Shown: positions 37,583 to 50,940, counted from the first letter of the stretch. The stretch is DNA of 64,000 bases from Pecten maximus (GCF_902652985.1 NC_047030.1:29078001-29142000), one strand, 5' to 3'. The notes: generated from the letters alone by a model not told the origin. Numbers and translations are program-made.

Positions 37583-38155
37583 GTCACTCTGACCTACTTT
37601 TCGACATTTGACCTACATAAAAAAAAAAAGTATATATGGGCTTTATATCACCTGCACTACAAGTCACTGTAACTACATACGTCATAGAGAGACGGTGTGT
37701 CATGTATCAAAAGTGGTCACTTTAACCTACTTTTTGACCTTTGACCTACATCAAAGAAAAAGTATATATGGGTTTTATCTCCTGCACTACGGGCGACTTT
37801 GGTTGGGACTCAAGTTGAGATTTGACTTACTCTTATAACAATCGATCATCCAGAGTTCCGACTATAGTGACGTCATATAACCCGACTCCATCAACCCATG
37901 CCGACCCTGAGTTAGAAGAGTTCCGACTACAGCAACTATGCTTCGTTTGCACATGCCTCACCATTTGGAAGCATGGCAGTGATTGGTTGTTGTTTAAACA
38001 CATTAGAAGGAACAGCTTGACAATAGTAAATAGTTGATGCTCGAGTCCAAACCAAAGTCATCCTATTATAGTCACTGTAACATCATTCGTCATAGAGAGA
38101 TAGTGTGTCATGTATCAAAAGTGGTCACTTTGACCTAAATTTTGACCTTTGACCT
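37583..38155. repeat. ~133-bp degenerate tandem repeat x2-3, interrupted by a MITE
   Basis: gtcactttgaccta...tttgacctttgaccta...gtcatagagaga..gtgtgtcatgtatcaaaagtg. Confidence 0.75.
37790..38063. mobile_element. Small MITE (~275 bp) inserted in a ~133-bp tandem repeat
   Basis: Imperfect 24-bp TIRs GGGCGACTTTGGTTGGGACTCAAG and (reverse complement) GGATGACTTTGGTTTGGACTCGAG; the neighbouring monomer shows the empty site ctgcactacaagtcactg. Confidence 0.65.
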
Positions 38156-38364
38156 GTGCATTTTCAAAAGTTTTTGAAAGGCTGCAGTCTTGGATTTCTT
38201 TAGTTGTTATATCAACTTATATTAATCACACTTGTTGGCCCTGATCGAAGCACGTGAGAGGTCTGTGGGAGGGAACAGGAGAACGAGGAAACTAGGTGAT
38301 CCTATACCTGTCGGGGAATTGTTCCATGACAACCACTCTACATTCTGTCTGTTGTCTATCAACC

Positions 38365-39203
38365 TTTTATTAGCTCACCTGGTCCGAAGGGTGGGGATTC
38401 AAAATTGCACAAATGATGGGGCTGACCCCCCAGGGGCCTGAGGGGCGGGGCTGAATGTGGTCAATTCGGCTATATTGATATAAACGACTTCTTCTCTGAA
38501 ACCGAGCAATGGCTGTCGCTCATATTTGCCTGGTAGCATCAATATGGGGTGGGTATTCAAAATTGTACAAATAATGGGGCTGACCCCCCCCCCAGGGGCC
38601 TGAGGGGCGGGGCCAAAATTGGTCAATTTGTTAAAACATCTTCTCTGAAACTAAGCAATGGATATTACTCACATTTGTATGGTAGCATGGTTATGGGGTG
38701 GGGATTTAAAATTGTACAAATGATGGGGTTGACCCGGGCCGCCAGGGGGCTGAGGGTTGGGCCAAAAGGGGTCAATTTTGCTAAATTGATTTAAACAACT
38801 TATTCTCTGAAACTTAGCAATGGTTTGACTGATAGCATCCTATTGGGGTAGGGATTCAAAATTGTATAAAGGAAGAAGCTGACCCCCCAGGGGGCAGAGA
38901 GCAGGGTCAAAAGGGGTCAATTGGTCTAAACAAGTTCTTCTCTGAAACTAAGCAATGGATATCACTCATATTTGTGTGGTAGAATCCCTATGGGGTCGCG
39001 CCAAAAGTCGATTTTATTTCATGGATTAATGCACTTTTTGGCATTTTTAGTATTAAAATAAAACCAATGTACATGTACCCATATAAAATGCTTATGATAT
39101 ATATTGATATAGCAATACCAGCAACAAATATAGTTAAGCATCATTCTTGTTTCATATCTCATGAAACCAGGTGAGTGATACAGGCCCTCTGGGCCTCTTG
39201 TTT
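38365..39203 (+). mobile_element. Second copy of the same HINE-like element, internally deleted
   Basis: Starts ttttattagctcacctggtccgaagg; ends caggtgagtgatacaggccctctgggcctcttgttt; body matches the 159-1657 copy. Confidence 0.82.
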
Positions 39204-39289
39204 ACTGGCCTACTTATACTGAGTAAGTGTGTATACGATATCTTTTGAACCTATTTGAGAAGGTCGATCTGTATTCTGTGGTACAGCAT

Positions 39290-39597
39290 CCATCTAGATT
39301 CAACTTTCCCTTTAAGCAACTTCTCAATAACCAACACTTTCAAGATCACAGGGGTCAAATGTCTTCAAATATTTTAACTGATCAACCAAGAGACCAAGGG
39401 TTAGTAAATATTTGGAATAAAGGTGTCAAGATTTATTCAAATGACTGACCATGACCTAAAATGTATCTGAATGAATAAAACTACCATACTCTTACATTTG
39501 AATAAAATGGTAATCAGCTTAGAATCCACATAAATGACCTTGGTCAACTTCAGAGTTGCATTAAATGATGATGATACAAGCCCATTGGGCCTCTTGT
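39290..39597 (+). mobile_element. Degenerate HINE-like fragment (3' end)
   Basis: Ends gatacaagcccattgggcctcttgt; shares aataaaatggtaatcagcttag with the 40116 copy. Confidence 0.55.
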
Positions 39598-40115
39598 ATC
39601 ACATGATTTGTCAATGTCCTTTACAATCAATGGTAAAATTAACTAAAATCTAACAAGGTGACAACATCATATATAGCTTTTAACATAAGGTTATTGACAT
39701 CAAACTATTTACTTACCTTGTAAACATATGAATTCTGATTATGATAGGTTTTAACCAATTAATTATCACCAATTAAATAGAAAACAAATGAGTGTATGCA
39801 CCTTTCCTGGAATTTTGCTCAGGAAAAACAAATTAATTCAAACTAGGTTCAAACTAAATAATCGTTTAAATATAAAATTTCCCAGAATGTCCTCTTTAAT
39901 GGGATATGAAATACTCATAAAATGCTATCTCCCAAGAAAAAAGATTTCCAATCAAACGTCAGACCTATACCTTGGAAGTGTTAAACACCCCCTCACCCAT
40001 TCCTGCCCTTCAGCACGGATAGGTATTAGATGTAGTCAGAGGTATGTGATGAAATATATAGGGGAGATAACTCCCCTTCGTGTGATAAAAAGAAAAATAA
40101 CAATGTGTTGTATTA

Positions 40116-40537
40116 TTTTTAACTCACCTGCCTGAAGAGCAAGTAAGCTTATGATGAGGCTCAGCGTCTGACTGTCTGGCCATCCATCCGGCAGCAACTT
40201 TTCCATTTAAACCTAAATATTGGCCCTGTATCATGCTGGGGTAAAGGGGTAAATGAATGACCTTGACTTACATTCAAGGTCAAATGGGTCAAATAGGCTA
40301 AAATTTTTATACAATGATTTCTCGATAGCAAAAAGACTTCAAGATCTGATGGCCAATGGTATGCTGGAACGAAGGACTTGAAAATTGTTTGACTTGAATA
40401 AACCTACCCTAGCTAGATCTACTCTCTATTATTTCAATAAAATGGTAATCAGCTTAGTATCTGATGAAATGGCCTAGATCAACTTCAAAGTTGCTGTAGA
40501 ATCAGGTGAATGATATAGGCCCATTGGGCCTCTTGTT
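40116..40537 (+). mobile_element. Degenerate HINE-like element with both ends, second family
   Basis: tttttaactcacctg...aagtaagctt head; caggtgaatgatataggcccattgggcctcttgtt tail with hairpin. Confidence 0.68.
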
Positions 40538-41454
40538 ATATTCATGGTATCAAGGTAATGTTTTATTCAATCTAATTAATGTTAGGGGAAATTACAAGTC
40601 TAATTCTAATTAGTGTTTTTATTCATCTAAAACTTAATATATTACTACAAGAAATGTTATATTATTCATTCATGACAAATTACAGTGGTTTTTTTTTCCC
40701 TAAAGAGTTCTTTACCATTAGGGTCACAGAGGTCATATATGCTGAAATTTTTAAACAACATCTTTTCATTAAGCAAGAGGACCAGAGACCTGAGCCTATA
40801 TAGTATGATGGGGTGAATGGCTATCAATATTGCTGAAATGAATTACTGTAGTGAACTAGGAAATAGACAAGTTTTATATGTGATGTGTTCAAAGTTACCT
40901 AGAGTAGAAAGCCTACGTTTGAGTTGCTTCCCTTAGATTAGTAGTTTAATTAACCCGTGTTAAGTTTACACCATGCATTCATTAGTAAATTACAAGCAAA
41001 CGGTAGCACCTGAAAGTCAGTCGTTATTATGTAGCACACGGTCCGTGGGACCAGTGATCAGTGACTAGAGCTGTAATTAGAAATGACGTTATAGGGGTTT
41101 AGAGACGCCCATATTTCAGGGTAAAATGGTCAGGATTGGTCAATTGACCACATCTTCAAATAATACATTTCAATTAACTCTCAGGGGATATAAAAAGACT
41201 TGGCCGTTTCGCATACGCAGTTTTTCAGTAGTTTTCAGACTAAGCGGACTTAGTGCCGTTTGGATGTACATGAGTGTGAATGCGCCGGCGATAGTATGGA
41301 AGATGGATGAAACGTCATAGGATTAAATTGTACTTTCGGGATTTTCATGTGGATTATTAAATATAAGTAAATCTTATATCCTGTGTTGAATTATGTTTAT
41401 CGCACCACAACCATCCCAAAAAGAACTTTCACGTCCCGTGTGTAAGGAGAGTGG

Positions 41455-41710
41455 ACATTACATTACCTTGATCATCATTCAAGGTCATGAAGGTCAGATA
41501 TGCTAAAATTAGAGGCCCTAGAGACCTGATATTAGGCGTACAGCATGCTTTGGGGAAGGGATATCAAGATTGTTAAAATGAATGACATTGCATGAACTCA
41601 TTCAAGGTCACAGGGGTCAAATATACTAAAATCTTTAAATAACGTCTTCTCCCTAACCAAGAGGCCTAGAGACCTGATAATGGGTCTATGGCATGTTGGG
41701 GTGAACGGCT
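41455..41710 (+). mobile_element. Internal-repeat fragment of the second HINE-like family
   Basis: aagaggcctagagacctgata / cattcaaggtcacaggggtcaaat motifs repeated. Confidence 0.5.
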
Positions 41711-41964
41711 GTCATGGGTTTCTTGTTGTTTTTTTAATGCATGTTTTCTCCAAAATGTCTACATGCTGAGAAAATTAGCATGGAAATGCAAAATATTTTA
41801 TGCAACAAAGTAAATAGTGGTTCATAGATCACTCCTGTCATTTTCCATGACAATCGGTTCATTATTTCCTGATCATGTCTTATCAGTGTGTTCTCCTTTC
41901 TCCCACTTTTTAAAAAATAACATAGATGCAGGTTGTGACAGTCATTATAGTCTGCTTCATATAT

Positions 41965-42495
41965 ACCTTACCTGGATTCTCCCACTTAACCTTGATTTTA
42001 CCTGGATTCTCCCACTTAACCTTGATTTTACCTGGATTCTCCCACTTTACCTTGATTTTACCTGGATTCTCCCACTTTACCTTGATTTTACCTGTGTTCT
42101 CCCACTTTACCTTGATTTTACCTGTGTTCTCCCACTTTACCTTGATTTTACCTGGATTCTCCCACTTTACCTTGATTTTACCTGGATTCTCCCACTTTAC
42201 CTGGATTTTACCTGGATTCTCCCACTTTACCTGGATTTTACCTGAATTCTCCCACTTTACCTTGATTTTACCTGTGTTCTCCCACTTTACCTTGATTTTA
42301 CCTGTGTTCTCCCACTTTACCTTGATTTTACCTGGATTCTCCCACTTTACCTTGATTTTACCTGTGTTCTCTCACTTTGCCTTGATTTTACCTGTGTTCG
42401 CCCACTTTACCTTGATTTTACCTGTGTTCTCCCACTTTACCTTGATTTTACCTATAATCTCCTACATAACATTGAATTTACCTGTAATCTCCTAC
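41965..42495. repeat. 30-bp pyrimidine-rich tandem repeat x~17
   Basis: cctggattctcccactttaccttgatttta. Confidence 0.95.
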
Positions 42496-42865
42496 ATCAC
42501 ATGTTTTTACCTAAAATAAAATTTGAATTCATCTAATTCCATCACTATCTAATCATTTTTTTTCAAACCATATACCATTTCCATCAACTAGATTTGCAGA
42601 AGACAGTTTGGGTAAAAGAAGTATTTATGATAAAGATATTTCACTGTTTTAAATGATTAAATACTGTGAAACAACATCAAATAAGGTCATTATTTTGGAA
42701 GAGCTAATTTGGTAGATATGAGTAAATCATAATTACTAAATTATCATAGATATCACCGGTATTTCTCTAGATACTAATTAACAGTGACAACGTCATGTTA
42801 CTGGTAGAGTGAGCCGCTGTACTGCCCCTTGTTCCATTGGACCGCGTGGAGGTTGCCGATAGAAT

Positions 42866-43578
42866 ACAACCAACAACTCTGGAACCACTATGAGACCGAG
42901 GGATCCCAGGACAACCAACAACTCTGGAATCCACTATGAGACTGGGGATCCCAGGACAACCAACAACTCTGGAACCACTATGAGACTGGGGGTCCCAGGA
43001 CAACCAACAACTCTGGAACAACTATGAGACTGGGGGTCCCAGGACAACCAACAACTCTGGAACCACTATGAGACAGAGGGATCCCAGGACAACCAACAAC
43101 TCTGGAACCACTATGAGACTGGGGGTCCCAGGACAACAAACAACTCTGGAACAACTGTGAAACCGGGGGCCCAAGGACAACCAACAACTCTGGAACCACT
43201 ATGAGACTGAGGGTCCCAGGACAACCAACAACTCTGGAATCACTGTGAGACTGGGGGTCCCAGGACAACCAACAACTCTGGAACCACTATGAGACTGGGG
43301 GTCCCAGGACAACCAACAACTCTGGAACAACTGTGAAACCGGGGGCCCAAGGACAACCAACAACTCTGGAACCACTATGAGACTGGGGGTCCCAGGACAA
43401 CCAACAACTCTGGAACAACTGTGAAACCGGGGGCCCAAGGACAACCAACAACTCTGGAACCACTATGAGACTGGGGGTCCCAGGACAACCAACAACTCTG
43501 GAACCACTATGAGACTGGGGGTCCCAGGACAACCAACAACTCTGGAACCACTATGAGACTGGGGTCAAGGACAACTAA
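42866..43578. repeat. 44-bp tandem repeat x16
   Basis: acaaccaacaactctggaaccactatgagactgggggtcccagg. Confidence 0.95.
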
Positions 43579-43718
43579 CCTCATCTAAGGGTGGCACAAC
43601 TAACTGAAGTTAGCATCATTCACGTTTTCAAGGAGACCAGGCCACCAACAAGGTAATGCGCATCCAAAACGCTTTCGGGGGACTACTCAGACCCAGAGCC
43701 AAATGATACCGAAACATC

Positions 43719-46700
43719 GCACGTCTCTGCCTTATATAGCACATGTCTCTGCCTTATATATCACACGTCTCTGCCTTATATATCACACGTCTCTGCCTTA
43801 TATATACCACGTCTCTGCCTTATATATCACACGTCTCTGCCTTATATATCACACGTCTCTGCCTTAACTAACTGAAGGACACTCGTCTCTGCCTTATATA
43901 TCACACGTCTCTGCCTTATATATCACAAGTCTCTGCCTTATATATCACACATCTCTGCCTTATCTAACTGAAGGACCACTCGTCTCTCCCTAATATATCA
44001 CATGTCTCTGCCTTATATATCACACGTCTCTGCCTTATATATCACACGTCTCTGCCTTATATATCACACGTCTCTGCCTTAACTAACTGAAGGACCACTC
44101 GTCTCTCCCTAATATATCACATATCTCTGCCTTATATATCACATGTTTCTGCCTTATATATCACTCGTCTCTGCCTTATATATCACACGTCTCTGCCTTA
44201 TATATCACACGTCTCTGCCATATATATCACATGTCTCTGCCTTATATATCACATGTCTCTGCCTTATATATCACACGTCTCTGCCTTATATATCACACGT
44301 CTCTGCCTTATATATCACACGTCTCTGCCTTATATATCACACGTCTCTGCCTTAACTAACTGAAGGACCACTCGTCTCTGCCTTATATATCACATGTCTC
44401 TGCCTTATATATCACACGTCTCTGCCTTATATATCACACGTCTCTGCCTTATATATCACACGTCTCTGCCTTAACTAACTGAAGGACCACTCGTCTCTGC
44501 CTTATATATCACATGTCTCTGCTTTATATATCACACGTCTCTGCCTTAACTAACTGAAGGACCGCTCGTCTCTGCCTTATATATCACATGTCTCTGCCTT
44601 ATATATCACATGTCTCTGCCTTGACTAACTGAAGGACCGCTCGTCTCTGCCTTATATATCACATGTCTCTGTCTTATATATCACACGTCTCTGCCTTATA
44701 TATCACACGACTCTGCCTTAACTAACTGAAAGACACTCGTCTCTGCCTTATATATCACATGTCTCTGCCTTATATATCACATGTCTCTGCTTTATATATC
44801 ACACGTCTCTGCCTTATATATCACACGTCTCTGCCTTAACTAATTGAAGGACCACTCGTCTCTGCCTTATATATCACATGTCTCTGCCTTATATATCACA
44901 CGTCTCTGCCTTATATATCACACGTCTCTGCCTTAACTAACTGAAGGACACTCGTCTCTGCCTTATATATCACACGTCTCTGCCTTATATATCACACGTC
45001 TCTGCCTTATATATCACACGTCTCTGTCTTATATATCACACGTCTCTGCCTTATATATCACACGTCTCTGCCTTAACTAACTGAAGGACACTCGCCTCTG
45101 CCTTATATATCACATGTCTCTGCCTTATATATCACACGTCTCTGCCTTATATATCACACGTCTCTGCCTTATATATCACACGTCTCTGCCTTATATATCA
45201 CACGTCTCTGCCTTAACTAACTGAAGGACCGCTCGTCTCTGCCTTATATATCACATGTCTCTGCCTTATATATCACACGTCTCTGCCTTATATATCACAC
45301 GTCTCTGCCTTAACTAACTGAAGGACACTCGTCTCTGCCTTATATATCACACGTCTCTGCCTTATATATCACACGTCTCTGCCTTATATATCACACGTCT
45401 CTGTCTTATATATCACACGTCTCTGCCTTATATATCACACGTCTCTGCCTTAACTAACTGAAGGACACTCGCCTCTACCTTATATATCACATGTCTCTGC
45501 CTTATATATCACACGTCTCTGCCTTATATATCACACGTCTCTGCCTTATATATCACACGTCTCTGCCTTATATATCACACGTCTCTGCCTTATATATCAC
45601 ACGTCTCTGCCTTATATATCACACGTCTCTGCCTTATATATCACACGTCTCTGCTTTATATATCACACGTCTCTGCCTTAACTAACTGAAGGACCACTCG
45701 TCTCTCCCTAATATATCACATGTCTCTGCCTTATATATCACATGTTTCTGCCTTATATATCACACGTCTCTGCCTTATATATCACACGTCTCTGCCTTAT
45801 ATATCACACGTCTCTGTCTTAACTAACTGAAGGACCACTCGTCTCTGCCTTATATATCACATGTCTCTGCTTTATATATCACATGTCTCTGCCTTATATA
45901 TCACAAGTCTCTGCCTTAACTAACTGAAGGACCGCTCGTCTCTGCCTTATATATCACATGTCTCTGCTTTATATATCACATGTCTCTGCTTTATATAGCC
46001 TTATATATCACATGTCTCTGCCTTATATATCACATGTCTCTGCCTTATATTGCCTTATATATCACACGTCTCTGCCTTATATATCACACGTCTCTGCCTT
46101 ATATATCACACGTCTCTGTCTTATATATCACACGTCTCTGCCTTATATATCACACGTCTCTGCCTTAACTAACTGAAGGACCACTCGTCTCTCCCTAATA
46201 TATCACATGTCTCTGCCTTATATATCACAAGTCTCTGCCTTAACTAACTGAAGGACCGCTCGTCTCTGCCTTATATATCACATGTCTCTGCTTTATATAT
46301 CACATGTCTCTGCTTTATATAGCCTTATATATCACACATCTCTGCCTTATATATCACACGTCTCTGCCTTATCTAACTGAAGGACCACTCGTGTCTCCCT
46401 TATATATCACATGTGTCTGCCTTATATATCACACGTCTCTGCCTTAACTAACTGAAGGACACTCGTCTCTCCCTAATATATCACACGTCTCTGCCTTATA
46501 TATCACATGTCTCTGCCTTATATATCACACGTCTCTGCCTTATATATCACACGTCTCTGCCTTATATATCACACGTCTCTGCTTTAACTAACTGAAGGAC
46601 CGCTCGTCTCTCCCTAATATATCACATGTGTCTGCCTTATATATCACACGTCTCTGCCTTATATATCACACGTCTCTGCCTTATCTAACTGAAGGACCAC

Positions 46701-47213
46701 TCGTGTCTCCCATATATATCACATGTCTCTGCCTTATATATCACATGTCTCTGCCTTATATATCACACATCTCTGCCTTATATATCACACGTCTCTGCCT
46801 TATCTAACTGAAGGACCACTCGTCTCTCCCTAATATATCACATGTCTCTGCCTTATATATCACACGTCTCTGCCTTATCTAACTGAAGGACCACTCGTCT
46901 CTCCCTAATATATCACATATCTCTGCCTTATATATCACACGTCTCTGCCTTAACTAACTGAAGGACCACTCGTCTCTGCCTTAACTAACTGAAGGACCAC
47001 TCGTCTCTGCCTTATATATCACACGTCTCTGCCTTATCTAACTGAAGGACCACTCGTCTCTCCCTAATATATCACATATCTCTGCCTTATATATCACACG
47101 TCTCTGCCTTAACTAACTGAAGGACCACACGTCTCTGCCTTATATATCACACGTCTCTGCCTTAACTAACTGAAGGACCACACTTCTCTGCCTTAACTAA
47201 CTGAAGGACCACT
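43719..47213. repeat. Composite two-monomer satellite (22-bp A and ~31-bp B), 3.5 kb
   Basis: A cgtctctgccttatatatcaca; B cgtctctgccttaactaactgaaggaccact. Confidence 0.95.
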
Positions 47214-47659
47214 TGCAATTTGGGAGACCGGTTCCGTTGATGTTATCCAAAACGCCGACGTAGCATCCCATTTTCTCAATTTAGTCATAAAGTACAAGAG
47301 CATTTTATTTATCACATAGTGTTACATGTACATGACAACAGTTACTGTGATAACGATGGTTTCATTAGATGTGTATGCATGTTTTCAATCAGCCAATGTC
47401 GAGTGCGAAATATTCTTAGTATGCTTTTTACTTTAGTATTTTCATTTCAGGCACATATCACGTACAATGCACTTTACTGATTGATTTTTTTACGTGCTAG
47501 TGTATTCTCTGTAGATCTATAGGTCCAAGTATTGTAATATACATTTATTTCTCATAATATCAATTTGATATGCTTCAGAAGTTTTACATGTATTGTGTCA
47601 TGAAAAAAGTATTAAACAAAATATTTAAATCTTTAGAATTACAATTCTATGCATTTAGT

Positions 47660-48590
47660 CAGAGACATATATACAGAGAGATTGCATTGTCACTCTCTAT
47701 TTGGCCTTGTGTTAACATATAGTGGCCCCTGACCTTCCCACAATCCTTTGCGGTCGCTCGGTTCAGTCTTCACTTGACTTGATTAGAGAAATCGTGAAAA
47801 CCACACACATAATTATCGATAATTTCTATTTGAAATCATCACCAAGATCCAATTATGTGCTTTATTTTTATTAATATCAAAGTGCAGAAGTGTCATCAAT
47901 ATGAAATATATCACAATTTGCTGTCCAAGTGTTTGTATTTTGAGTATGAAAGTCAAACACACCGCAGGAAAGATCGGCGGGAATCCGTAATTTTCGAAAA
48001 GTCCCTATGGGGTTTTCGAGAATACGGATAAATGACAACAATGTGCATGATAAAAAAGACCATATTTCATAAGTATGATAGTTTTTGGTTAATGTGGTAA
48101 CTTTTGTAGTGGCCTAAATAAAACGAGGTGCTTTTTATGTGCGTTTAAAATTGACGATGTTTTGGTCTGACGTAATGGCTGCTTAATTACAAAACTTGGA
48201 CATGTCGAATAGGACCCAATGGATTTTCGAAAATACGGATAAATGACAACAATGTGCACGGACTATAAGACTATATCCCATAAGTATGATAGTTTTTTTG
48301 TTAATGTGGTAACTTTTGTAGCGGCCTAAATAAAACGATGTGCTTTTTGTGTGTATTTAAAATTGACGATGTTTTGGTCTGACGTAATGGCGGATTAACC
48401 AGAACATGTCGAACAAGTTCCAGTACATCGATACACACATGCGCAAAGCCCGATTTACCTGTGCTCGCGTGTGTTTGATAGGGGACAAGGCGCTCTCGAT
48501 AAGGGATATGCTTGAGTGGTCACAAATAAAGGGAGCCACCACTTGTACGGGGAAATAGCGATGTTACTTATCTCTGTATATATGTCTCTG
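47660..48590. mobile_element. Non-autonomous TIR element (931 bp) with 7-bp TSD, possibly P superfamily
   Basis: Perfect 20-bp TIR CAGAGACATATATACAGAGA; ATTTAGT duplicated at 47653-59 and 48591-97; internal ~170-bp direct repeat (about 48013 and 48224). Confidence 0.85.
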
Positions 48591-48759
48591 ATTTAGTGTT
48601 ATTAATTGAACATCACTTATTTTATTCATCCGGATATATTTTTTTTATTAAAGTAGCTTGGACAGAGACTGATAAAACTATCATTAGCATCTAATATAGG
48701 TATCTGGCTAGGATTTTTTATTAGCTCCTACTTTAGTTCAGACCAAAAGGATCTGACCA

Positions 48760-48924
48760 TTTCCCGCGCTAGACACTGTTGGTACGGATGTACCGAAAAT
48801 GTCCGATGATATCCGGAGAATACCGAGGACAACAACAACATGGACGGGCGACGAGACATGGCACTGATGTACGAGTAATGAGAAAATTGTTCCTGTTCTG
48901 GAGACGAGTGGGAGTCAAATATAG
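48760..48924 (+). promoter_or_regulatory. Putative ph promoter / non-coding first exon
   Basis: Locally CpG-rich unique sequence ending in AG|gtaaat, 1.7 kb upstream of the 50663 acceptor; start is approximate. Confidence 0.4.
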
Positions 48925-49919
48925 GTAAATATACCACGCAGGTTTCATATTGGTAAGGAAATGATGTGAATGCACTTCTGCAATACATTGAAAAATTGAA
49001 GGAAATCTCTACGCAATGATGTTGGTACACAAAGAAAAGAATATTTTGTGACAGTGGCTGATCTTCATGACAGGGGGCCCGACGTTGTCCAACATGTCGC
49101 TTGGCAAACAACTGTTCGGCCTACCTTCTTCTAAGCATATGCAGTTAACTTTGTGTTTCAAGACTTTATCCTAGTCCTATCTAACATCTGAATTCCATAC
49201 CGGTCGGTTTACATTTGACCGCAGTCTATTTCTGTGACTAAATTTTAAAGTAGGTCATTAAACCATCGTTCGTTAATTTGACCAGTAGGGCCGAACATTA
49301 AACAAACTTCAATTTACAGTAGGACATAAGAAACGGATACATTTGTTACCAGTGGTCGTGTAGGCGATACATTTGAAATTGGTTCATAAGTCGTCAATAT
49401 CACTTTCTCATTGCATGTACACCCACGACCTCTCCTATTTTGACGGATTCAAGCTAACGTTACTGGCCGTACAGTAGGCCTAGGCCAGACCATTATGTCC
49501 AAAATGTCCGCGGTCTGGATCAAATCTCCAGAACCATAGCGTTACTGCAGCAATAGAGAAAAAAAAAGTTATTTTCCAATTTTCTGTAGGACCTAGCAAA
49601 GTAACGACTGAATGACTAATATGAAAGTCACCAAGGAACCAGATATATAAAAAGTTTCTTAAAAAATCATACATTGATGTTTTTGTGTATGTTGTATTTA
49701 TGAAATAAAACTGATGAATTGGTATTTGAGGTCCTGGATTTGAATCACAATTTGACAGTGTTAACGAGTTAACAATACTTTTTCTTTCCTGTATTGTTTT
49801 CTGCATATTTCAGTTGTTTTAGCAATAATTAACTCTCATATGATAAACAAACACCTCGCTGAAAATATATATGCATTGCTGCCTTACATATACAGTAACT
49901 CACCGTTGTTAACTTCATA

Positions 49920-50203
49920 ATTAGTCTAAGACTACTACTGTCTGATCATGATCGATGTGTCTACTGATTACACTTGTATGGACTCACGGTTGGTTCCCGT
50001 TCTGTAGCAAACTGGATTAAATTTCACAGGATGTTCACTTCATGCCTTGTTCAATCTTGACATGAAGGTATTCAAGGTTGGCACATTGACTACAGATGTT
50101 GGTAGGGAATTCCTTTTGTTCACTACTCTGTTAGAGAAGGAATTTCCCCGTAGATTGGTTTTGATTGCGATCGCCTCTTGTACAATTTCTTACTGTGCCC
50201 CCT
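49920..50203 (-). mobile_element. CR1-like LINE 3' fragment, decayed
   Basis: Minus strand reads RGHSKKLYKRRS, frameshift, NLRGNSFSNRVVNKRNSLPTSVVNVPTLNTFMSRLNKA*, resembling the CR1 ORF2 C-terminal pattern RGH..KL...FFS.RVV..WN.LP. Confidence 0.65.
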
Positions 50204-50715
50204 ATATATAGCTAGTGTTTATCTTTCCTAGTCTTTCTCCCATCTGAGTATTGCACGAATGTACCCACAGTAGAGCTATCATTGTCCTGCTTTTGAGAAA
50301 TTTTGTGTTGTAACTATGCAGCATTTTTTTGAAAATATAATTTTCTGGTATGAAATACAATCTTGCTGTGCTTTGATGGAAATTACCTGTATTTCATAGT
50401 ACATGTGTATATAGATGAAATAACCTAAAACTTTTGTAGATAACTGACAACATTGCATGATTGATGCTGGAAACATCAATCAGAAAGGGAGGTGCATGTA
50501 ATGCATGGTTTAAATAGATGAGTCTTTGTAGGACCACTAGTCATAACATTAATAACACCTGACAATATTAGTGGGATTTTGTTTGTTATCTAGGCTGCAA
50601 AATGTTAAGTGTGGATAGATTCAACACCAATCTTATTTCTGATACTTTTCATTTTCTTTTCAGCAATTCAAACTGTCAATTTTACTCGAGAATTTGAATT
50701 CAACAATAATAAAAA

Positions 50716-50940
50716 ATGTCAGAACAACAGCAACAACAACAACAGCAGCAGCAACAACAGCCGCCTCAACAGCAGCAACATGCACCTTCTACAGCACCTC
50801 AGCATCAACAACCCCAACAACAATCCAGTCAAGGACAACAACAGACACATCCTCAACAACAACAACAACAGCAGCAACAGCAACAGCATGTTCCTCAGCA
50901 AAACCAGCAGCACCAGCAGCCCCAGTCCTCTCAGCCTCAG
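50716..50940 (+). CDS. ph: ph first coding exon (MSEQQQ..., polyQ); acceptor at 50663
   Basis: aaaaATG; mixed CAA/CAG codons; donor CAG|gtacgg, with a second in-frame donor after 50952. Confidence 0.8.

Noticed and set aside
41040-42870. CpG-richer patch near 41040-41400 plus an acceptor-like site at 42770, as a possible extra gene
   Set aside because: No convincing ORF or matching exon chain; cannot be supported without transcript data.
43719-47213. CRISPR-like look of a constant repeat with variable intervals
   Set aside because: Intervals are copies of monomer A, not unique spacers; eukaryotic context with no cas genes.
48728-49111. 127-aa minus-strand ORF near the ph 5' end
   Set aside because: Non-ATG start, no recognisable features; explained by locally higher GC.
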